Shown here: positions 1 through 4,970 of the stretch, piece by piece
Position numbering within the stretch: position 1 is the stretch's first letter
Layout: each line of letters begins with the position of its first letter
Virus record (IMG/VR): IMGVR_UViG_3300029190_000033
Coordinates: 1-5,495 of that record
DNA length: 5,495 nucleotides
Reading direction: 5' to 3' (one strand)
DNA from: a virus
Lineage: Duplodnaviria; Heunggongvirae; Uroviricota; Caudoviricetes
The notes under the pieces: model-generated
Database searches by the model: none
What the model saw: only the letters and a program-made list of their open reading frames with translations
Told to the model about the DNA's origin: nothing
Program-made: the position numbers and the translations under genes

Positions 1-78
1 CCCTTTTTTTCTTTCCTTTAAAAATCAAAGCAAAACTTAAGCTTCGCAACAAAATTTAAGTTTCCTTCAAAAACACTC

Positions 79-107
79 TTGACCAATAGTTAAAGAAATC
101 TTAAATT
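79..107 (+). promoter_or_regulatory. Candidate PL-like early promoter: -35 TTGACC (79-84), 17-nt spacer, -10 TAAATT (102-107)
   Basis: Sigma70-like hexamers with 17-bp spacing, read directly; lies about 190 nt upstream of the N-like gene and upstream of the nut-like site; overlapped by an operator-like palindrome. The -10 matches consensus at only 4/6. Confidence 0.4.
89..106. promoter_or_regulatory. Candidate repressor operator (OL-like), P22 c2-type 18-bp site GTTAAAGAAATCTTAAAT
   Basis: 15/18 match to the P22 operator consensus ATTTAAGATATCTTAAAT as I recall it; right half ATCTTAAAT is exact. Overlaps the spacer and -10 of the candidate promoter. Further ATTTAAG half-sites at 54-60 and 105-111. 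Confidence 0.4.
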
Positions 108-152
108 TAAGTCATCGGCAGGACGCTGGTAGCCAAACGGAACAGATTGGCA

Positions 153-194
153 GGCTCTTTAACATTGATGGGATTGTCCCGCCGAAATGCGGGA
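153..194 (+). promoter_or_regulatory. Candidate nutL: boxA GGCTCTTTAACA (153-164) plus boxB-like hairpin TCCCGC / CGAAAT / GCGGGA (177-194)
   Basis: GCTCTTTAACA matches the boxA consensus (rrn-type GCTCTTTAACAA); a 6-bp stem with 6-nt purine-rich loop follows 12 nt downstream; sits between the candidate promoter and the N-like gene as in lambda and P22. Confidence 0.5.
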
Positions 195-301
195 ACCAAA
201 GAGTAGTTGGCTTTGGGGTGACGTGAAGTGCAGCTGCACGACGGCAACCGGAAGATAAGCACCCGGCGCGTCACCGCCAAAGTCAATCATCGGAGGTCAA
301 C

Positions 302-574
302 ATGACAGTAGTCATTACATATCTGGCTGACGATAACGCCAGAAATCGCCGCAGAGCACGCAGACAGGCTCAACGTGAGCAGGCAATGCAAGAACAGCGA
401 CTGGCGCGAAAAATTGCGCTAAAGCTCTCTGGTTGCGTCAGAGCAGACAAAGCAGCATCACTCGGAAGCCTTTGCTGCAAGGAAGAAGATGAACGCAGTG
501 GAAGTATTTGCCTGCCAAACGTAGCCATTTACGCGGCAGGATACCGGAAATCAAAACAACTGACGGCGAGGTAA
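302..574 (+). CDS. N: N-family transcription antitermination protein (P22 gene 24 / lambda N-like), 90 aa
   Basis: RBS GGAGG 5 nt before ATG 302. N-terminal arginine-rich motif DNARNRRRARRQAQREQ resembles the lambda N motif (AQTRRRERRAEKQAQ); the MTVVITY start resembles P22 gp24 as recalled. First gene after the nut-like site. Confidence 0.85.
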   Translation: MTVVITYLADDNARNRRRARRQAQREQAMQEQRLARKIALKLSGCVRADKAASLGSLCCKEEDERSGSICLPNVAIYAAGYRKSKQLTAR

Positions 575-577
575 GTG

Positions 578-802
578 ATGAATCAGACATACATTCCATC
601 ATGCTTGAGAAATCTGCCAAAGCAGAAAGCAAAGCCCCGCAAGCAAGCCATAAAGGACGCTAAGGCAGAGGTTATTGATCAAGCAATACAATTGCTCAGG
701 GAGGAGTTAAGAAGTGGCAAGCTCGAAGGAATGATGATGCCCTATCAGCGCGGATATCTATCGGCGATTAGTAAGCTGGAAGTATTGAAGAGTGAATTAT
801 GA
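578..802 (+). CDS. Hypothetical protein, 74 aa, charged and helical-looking; ral/17 position
   Basis: ORF with GAGG RBS 6 nt before ATG 578 (track start 575 is GTG with too-short spacing); begins 4 nt after the N stop. No recognisable motif; GC looks lower than N or erf. Confidence 0.6.
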   Translation: MNQTYIPSCLRNLPKQKAKPRKQAIKDAKAEVIDQAIQLLREELRSGKLEGMMMPYQRGYLSAISKLEVLKSEL

Positions 803-864
803 ACTATCTGGAATTTCCGGATGGTTCATTGTTTTGGCAGCAAACCACTTATTTGAGGTGAGAT

Positions 865-1335
865 ATGACAAAATCATGGAGCGTACCTTTTCCTGAATCA
901 GAAACTGAACATGATGGAATGCCTGTTTTCTGGAGATTCCAGGCGACAGTTGAAGAAGATGGAATCAAAATATTCGCACTTCAATATATAGCTTTTCATC
1001 AGACAGAGCATTATGCATGGTTGGTTCCTGCGCATTGGATTGTTAATTTTAAACCAGCACCAAATCGGTGGTTACAGGAATGGAAACAAAAGAGAAATAG
1101 ATATGCAATTAAGAAAGTAGCAAAAAATGCAGAAAGATCTTTTGCATTCCCAACGAAGAAACTTGCCATTGAAAGTTTATTGCGCCGGAAGAAATACCAT
1201 TTGATGAGAATCAAACAAGATTTGGCTGTTGTATCAACTCTTGTTGATGGGATGAAGAATATTGATACATCAACACCAGATATTGAATATAACTTTGAAC
1301 ACAACAAAGAAACAGAAAATTGGGTATTTTATTAG
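865..1335 (+). CDS. Hypothetical protein, 156 aa, AT-rich moron-like gene between N and cIII
   Basis: Clean ORF with GAGG RBS 6 nt before ATG 865. Visibly lower GC than flanking genes (roughly 35-40% versus about 50% by eye). No predicted transmembrane segment, so not SieB-like. Followed by an inverted repeat and an intrinsic terminator. Confidence 0.7.
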   Translation: MTKSWSVPFPESETEHDGMPVFWRFQATVEEDGIKIFALQYIAFHQTEHYAWLVPAHWIVNFKPAPNRWLQEWKQKRNRYAIKKVAKNAERSFAFPTKKLAIESLLRRKKYHLMRIKQDLAVVSTLVDGMKNIDTSTPDIEYNFEHNKETENWVFY

Positions 1336-1349
1336 TACAAATAAGCACT

Positions 1350-1377
1350 GTGTATTCATTCCAACGAGTGAATACAC
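1350..1377. repeat. Perfect 9-bp inverted repeat GTGTATTCA / TGAATACAC with 10-bp spacer
   Basis: Read directly; 15 nt after the stop of the 156-aa ORF; no T-tract follows, so not a canonical intrinsic terminator. Confidence 0.6.
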
Positions 1378-1439
1378 GGAGCAATGTCGCTCGTAACTAA
1401 ACAGGAGCCGACTTGTTCTGATTATTGGAAATCTTCTTT

Positions 1440-1464
1440 GCCCTCCAGTGTGAGGGCCTTTTTA
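1440..1464 (+). terminator. Rho-independent terminator (tL-like): GCCCTC / cagtgt / GAGGGC then CTTTTTAT
   Basis: Perfect 6-bp GC-rich stem, 6-nt loop, immediate T5 run, in noncoding DNA between the moron ORF and cIII. A weaker hairpin CGCTTC / ACTC / GAGGCG + TTTT lies at 1480-1499. Confidence 0.6.
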
Positions 1465-1529
1465 TATGCATACCAATAACGCTTCACTCGAGGCGTTTTC
1501 GTTATGCAATCAAACAGAAGGAGCATCCT

Positions 1530-1700
1530 ATGCAACAGTTCGCTATTGCAGGGGCGGCATCGGTTCGCCCTTTCAACCCGATTTTATCGGTACAGCATTC
1601 ACGAAAAAACATTTTAACCGGAGCAGACTTTAAACAACCAAGAATGAAAAGTTTGCTCGAAAAGCTTTGGGATATTTTGAAACAACAAGGCCGTCCATGA
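1530..1700 (+). CDS. cIII: cIII-like protein (FtsH inhibitor family; P22 c3 / lambda cIII-like), 56 aa
   Basis: RBS AAGGAG 7 nt before ATG 1530. MQQFAIAG resembles the lambda CIII start MQYAIAG, and SLLEKLWDILKQQG resembles the CIII central helix (SLLERITRKL..RLIDILNQPG), as recalled. The track's longer ORF from 1425 would run through the terminator hairpin and is rejected. Confidence 0.7.
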   Translation: MQQFAIAGAASVRPFNPILSVQHSRKNILTGADFKQPRMKSLLEKLWDILKQQGRP

Positions 1701-1855
1701 GTTTTACAGATAACTGGTCAGACGAAGAATTCATTCGTCAGATGAAAGAATTAATCGGTAACGAAGGAGATATTCATGTCACTTGCAACCACAGTGAAGG
1801 AGAGCAAGTTACAGAGACGCATGTACACGCAGAAAGCTCTCTGGTATCGCCATAA
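1697..1855 (+). CDS. Small hypothetical protein, 52 aa, in the kil position (Kil-like candidate)
   Basis: ATG 1697 overlaps the cIII stop (ATGA), with AAGG 6 nt upstream. Overlaps the next candidate ORF by 80 nt in another frame. Kil assignment is by synteny only. Confidence 0.5.
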   Translation: MSFTDNWSDEEFIRQMKELIGNEGDIHVTCNHSEGEQVTETHVHAESSLVSP

Positions 1856-1946
1856 TGGTGACCGCGAAGGAATGCGGGTATGCCTTAATTTGTCCCGAGT
1901 CGAAGTATTAAATCAGCGTTATTTTCTTGGGCCGTGTCCATTCTGA
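1776..1946 (+). CDS. Small hypothetical protein, 56 aa, immediately upstream of erf (Arf-like candidate)
   Basis: Not in the ORF track; found by manual translation: MSLATTVKESKLQRRMYTQKALWYRHNGDREGMRVCLNLSRVEVLNQRYFLGPCPF. Perfect RBS AAGGAG 6 nt before ATG 1776; stop TGA is 10 nt before the erf ATG. Arf assignment is by position only. Confidence 0.4.
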   Translation: MSLATTVKESKLQRRMYTQKALWYRHNGDREGMRVCLNLSRVEVLNQRYFLGPCPF

Positions 1947-1956
1947 GATCAAACAT

Positions 1957-2553
1957 ATGAGCAAAGAATTTTATGCAAGGCTGGCAGCCATTCAGGAGAA
2001 TCTGAACGCGCCAAAGAATCAGTACAACTCATTCGGCAAATATAAATACAGAAGCTGCGAAGACATTCTTGAAGGCGTTAAGCCGTTACTGAATGGCCTG
2101 TTTTTATCAATCAGCGATGAAGTTGTGTTGATTGGTGATCGGTATTACGTGAAAGCAACGGCAACTATTACTGATGGCGAAAACAGTCATACAGCAACCG
2201 CTCTTGCACGAGAGGAAGAAAGCAAGAAAGGAATGGATTCTGCACAAGTTACGGGCGCTACAAGCTCTTATGCACGCAAGTATTGCCTCAATGGTTTGTT
2301 CGGCATTGATGATGCGAAAGATGCAGATACCGACGAGCATAAACATCAGCAGAACGCAGCAGCAAAGCAATCAAAACCATCACCTACACCTGAACAGGTT
2401 CTAAAAGCATTCACTGACGCAGCATTGCAGAAAAACNNNNNNNNNNNNNCGTTCGCCAAAGCGTGGAAGATGCTCGAAGGCACACCGGAGCAGCACAAAG
2501 CGCAGGACGTTTACAACATCAGACGAGACGAATTAGAAGGAGCGGCTGCTTAA
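1957..2553 (+). CDS. erf: Erf-family single-strand annealing recombinase (P22 essential recombination function), 198 aa
   Basis: N-terminal region MSKEFYARLAAIQENLNAPKNQYNSFGKYKYRSCEDILEGVKP...GATSSYARKYCLNGLFGIDDAKDAD closely matches P22 Erf as I recall it. Contains 13 masked bases (2437-2449); frame is maintained across them. Confidence 0.9.
   Translation: MSKEFYARLAAIQENLNAPKNQYNSFGKYKYRSCEDILEGVKPLLNGLFLSISDEVVLIGDRYYVKATATITDGENSHTATALAREEESKKGMDSAQVTGATSSYARKYCLNGLFGIDDAKDADTDEHKHQQNAAAKQSKPSPTPEQVLKAFTDAALQKNXXXXXFAKAWKMLEGTPEQHKAQDVYNIRRDELEGAAA
2437..2449. other. Run of 13 N (masked bases) inside erf
   Basis: Literal n characters; the erf frame continues across them, suggesting 1:1 masking. 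Confidence 0.95.
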
Positions 2554-2936
2554 TGGCACATTCGATTACTGTAAGACTAAACAAGCCCGCAAGAGAGTTT
2601 CAGGCCGGGGAAAATATCGGATTCAACATCCGTGCTGGCGTTCAGTATTACGATCGCCAGACAAAAAAGAAAGAATGGACAAACTACAGCGCCGTTGTAT
2701 TTGCCAAGCCGGGAGCGCAAGCGGATTACTACCGTAGTGTTCTTGTTGAAGGTGGCATTGTGGAAATTACCGGAGAAAACATCATGGTTGATGTTTATCA
2801 GGGGCAAAATGGTCAATCAATCACTCTTGAATTACTGAATGCAAAGATTGGATTTGCAGCTTCAGGAAATGGCCCGCAGCAGCAAAGTAGTAACCAGCAG
2901 AACACTCCTGTATACGACGATTCCATCCCATTCTGA
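2553..2936 (+). CDS. Small protein with SSB-type C-terminal tail (ends PVYDDSIPF), 127 aa; candidate phage single-stranded-DNA-binding protein or SSB mimic
   Basis: ATG overlaps the erf stop (TAATG). C-terminus is a Gly/Gln/Asn/Pro-rich linker ending in DDSIPF, like the acidic tip DDDIPF of bacterial SSB. N-terminal 100 aa has beta-rich character but I cannot confirm an OB fold by eye. Confidence 0.6.
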   Translation: MAHSITVRLNKPAREFQAGENIGFNIRAGVQYYDRQTKKKEWTNYSAVVFAKPGAQADYYRSVLVEGGIVEITGENIMVDVYQGQNGQSITLELLNAKIGFAASGNGPQQQSSNQQNTPVYDDSIPF

Positions 2937-2959
2937 TTTAGAAAAATAAGGATTCCATT

Positions 2960-3256
2960 ATGCCAGCGCCTCTGTATGGTGCGGATGACCCGCGCCGCTG
3001 TTCCGGCAATTCCGTATTGGAGGTGCTGGATAAATTCAGAAAAAACTACGATCGGATAATGTCGCTACCGCAGGAAGCGAAAGAGGAAAAGGAATTTCGC
3101 CACTGTATATGGCTTGCAGAGAAAGAAGAACGCGAGCGAATTTACCAGACATCAATCCGACCATTCCGTAAAGCCACATATACCCACTTCCCTGAATATA
3201 TCGACCCGCGCCTGCGTAATTACCGCTCACGCTATGGCGCTATCAGTAATGACTGA
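2960..3256 (+). CDS. Hypothetical protein, 98 aa; candidate Abc2-like anti-RecBCD protein
   Basis: RBS TAAGGA 7 nt before ATG 2960. Occupies the abc position downstream of erf in the P22 PL operon and is the right size (about 97 aa); sequence identity to Abc2 is not verified. Confidence 0.5.
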   Translation: MPAPLYGADDPRRCSGNSVLEVLDKFRKNYDRIMSLPQEAKEEKEFRHCIWLAEKEERERIYQTSIRPFRKATYTHFPEYIDPRLRNYRSRYGAISND

Positions 3257-3266
3257 GGAATTAACA

Positions 3267-3557
3267 ATGAAAACAATGAAGCTAAACATCGACCTCGGAA
3301 AATACGTTATTACCGGAACAAAACACGATCTGATTCTTAGCGAAAGAGGAATTATCAAAGAAGGCGAGAATGCAGGGAAAGAAACACTAAGTCGTATCGG
3401 TTATTACAGCAAGTTTGAGCATCTGGTTAAAGAGTTATGCAACCGTGAAATCCTGTTATCTCAGGCGCAGACGCTACAGGATATTCAGCAACATATCGAG
3501 ACTTTAGGTGTGTCACTTAGCATGGCTGTTGACCAGTTCATGGAGAGTAAATCATGA
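3267..3557 (+). CDS. Hypothetical protein, 96 aa
   Basis: RBS GAGG 8 nt before ATG 3267, 10 nt after the previous stop; the track's upstream extension from 3114 overlaps the previous gene and is rejected. No recognisable motif. Confidence 0.65.
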   Translation: MKTMKLNIDLGKYVITGTKHDLILSERGIIKEGENAGKETLSRIGYYSKFEHLVKELCNREILLSQAQTLQDIQQHIETLGVSLSMAVDQFMESKS

Positions 3558-3721
3558 GAGGACTTGCATACAATCCCGGCATTCTTCCGGCAGAAATGAT
3601 TATTCGCCAACGCGTAAAGCCAATGCCATCGAGAGAGGAATTGCTTAAAAGAAAGAGTTTCGGTTCTGTTAATGACAACAAATATCTGAATGCGATGTTG
3701 CGCAAAGGAGGCAGCCAGTGA
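3554..3721 (+). CDS. Small hypothetical protein, 55 aa
   Basis: Not in the ORF track; found by manual translation: [59 protein letters not shown] start/stop overlap with the upstream gene and GTGA-type overlap with the downstream gene. Confidence 0.45.
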   Translation: MRGLAYNPGILPAEMIIRQRVKPMPSREELLKRKSFGSVNDNKYLNAMLRKGGSQ

Positions 3722-4203
3722 CTGGACATGCAACAATCCTCGACATGCGCTGTGGCAGTCGCATGTTCTGGTTCGATAAGAATGACGGCCGGGCGATATT
3801 TAGCGATATCAGAAAGGAAGAGCACACATTGTGTGATGGACGACGGCTGATAATTAGCCCTGACCTGATAGCAGATTTTCGTGCATTACCATTTGCAGAC
3901 GCATCGTTTCCGGTTGTTGTATTCGACCCTCCGCATCTTGAGCGTGTTGGTGATAACGCCTGGATGGGAAAGAAATATGGACGGCTGAATAAAGATACCT
4001 GGCGTGATGATTTGCGGCAGGGATTTAAAGAAGCCTTTCGTGTGTTGCGGCCATACGGCGTTCTGATTTTTAAATGGAATGAAACGCAAATACCTGTTCG
4101 CCAGATATTGGCACTGACCGACAGAAAGCCTGTTATCGGTCAACGAACAGGAAAGGGTGACAAGACCCACTGGATTATTTTTATGAAGGAGGGCAACCAG
4201 TGA
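3718..4203 (+). CDS. Putative SAM-dependent (DNA) methyltransferase-like protein, 161 aa, motif VVVFDPPH
   Basis: Strong RBS AAAGGAGG 6 nt before GTG 3718. Hydrophobic strand followed by DPPH fits the (D/N/S)PP(Y/F/W/H) catalytic motif of N6-adenine/N4-cytosine methyltransferases. Protein is small for a methyltransferase, so the call is tentative. Confidence 0.45.
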   Translation: MTGHATILDMRCGSRMFWFDKNDGRAIFSDIRKEEHTLCDGRRLIISPDLIADFRALPFADASFPVVVFDPPHLERVGDNAWMGKKYGRLNKDTWRDDLRQGFKEAFRVLRPYGVLIFKWNETQIPVRQILALTDRKPVIGQRTGKGDKTHWIIFMKEGNQ

Positions 4204-4969
4204 GCAAGATTGACTATCAGGCACTGCGTGAAAAAGCAGAGAAAGCAACTAAAGGAAGCTACATCGNNNNNNNNNNNNNNNNNNNNNNNNCGGCAATTTA
4301 ACAGGAGTTTTTGTTTGTCAAAAATGGAAAGGAGAGCCAGGTGGCGTGATTGCAGAATGTCACGTTAACTGCCTGGTTGAAACAGATGCTCAGGCTTATG
4401 CAAACGCAGAATTCATAGCAGAGGCTAACCCAGCTACCGTACTGGCACTACTGGATGAACGGGAAAGAAACCAGCAATACATCAAACGCCGTGACCAGGA
4501 GAACGAGGATATTACGCTAACGGTAGGGAAGCTGCGTGTTGAGCTTGAAGCAGCAGAGAACAACCTTATTGATAGTGAATGCCATGTTGCTGAACTGGAA
4601 GAAGCGCTACGCGATAAGCAGGCGTTACTTGAAGCCTCAGAAAAGCGCAACGCAAAATTACAAAGCGAGAATGCATACATCCGCAACCGGTTCAAAGAAC
4701 TGGACCTATTAATGGGGAAAAACATTCTGGTCATGCAGGCTGCCATTATCGAATGGCAGGCAACTGGCGACGCTAAGAGCGGACTAGCATGGATTTATAA
4801 CACACTGTTTGGCCCTGGCGAATTACCGGACGAATCTGAGAAAGATGCTCAGGCCTACTTTAATCGCAAATATGCACCGATTGACGAAAAGCTTATGGCG
4901 CTTCACAAGTGGTTTTGGGAACAAAGTGAAGCCGAGCGCGCCGCTGGCATTGGCATCAAAGGAGAGTGA
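4200..4969 (+). CDS. Ead/Ea22-like phage protein, interrupted by 24 masked bases; coiled-coil C-terminal half
   Basis: RBS AGGAGG 7 nt before GTG 4200. N-terminus [21 protein letters not shown] and downstream AQAYANAEFIAEANPATVLALLDERE are typical of Ead/Ea22-like proteins as recalled. Reading frame before the N-run differs from the frame of the long ORF ending at 4969, so the true start is uncertain (could be 4346). Confidence 0.6.
4267..4290. other. Run of 24 N (masked bases) inside the Ead/Ea22-like gene
   Basis: Literal n characters; the frames on either side are not the same. Confidence 0.95.
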
Positions 4970-4970
4970 T

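Noticed and set aside
1-10. T-rich run (CCCTTTTTTT) at the very start of the window
   Set aside because: Could be the tail of a terminator for an upstream gene, but the hairpin would lie outside the window, so it cannot be supported.
438-632. Minus-strand ORF (64 aa) across the N / 75-aa junction
   Set aside because: Antisense to two + strand genes with good RBSs; the whole region fits a single + strand operon.
1011-1307. Minus-strand ORF (98 aa) inside the 156-aa + strand gene
   Set aside because: Antisense to a better-supported + strand gene; its length is a by-product of AT-rich sequence and it has no convincing RBS.
1425-1529. N-terminal extension of the cIII-like ORF (track start at 1425)
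   Set aside because: The extension is hydrophobic junk, runs through the terminator hairpin, and lacks an RBS; ATG 1530 has AAGGAG upstream and matches the lambda CIII start.
2107-2404. ORFs inside erf (2107-2370 minus strand; 2174-2404 + strand, other frame)
   Set aside because: Embedded in the confidently identified erf gene; no independent support.
2577-2838. ORFs inside the SSB-tail gene (2577-2816 minus strand; 2632-2838 + strand, other frame)
   Set aside because: Embedded in a better-supported coupled gene; low-complexity translations.
2919-2958. 8-bp direct repeat GATTCCAT (2919-2926 and 2951-2958)
   Set aside because: Too short to distinguish from chance; the first copy is coding sequence for the DDSIPF tail.
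3036-3230. Minus-strand ORF (64 aa) inside the Abc2-position gene
   Set aside because: Antisense to a + strand gene with an RBS; no start-site support.
3114-3266. Upstream extension of the 96-aa ORF (track start 3114)
   Set aside because: Overlaps the preceding gene in another frame; the RBS-supported start is ATG 3267.
3485-4248. Minus-strand ORFs 3485-3736, 3538-3825 and 3886-4248
   Set aside because: Antisense to the + strand coupled genes including the methyltransferase-like ORF; no RBS or start support.
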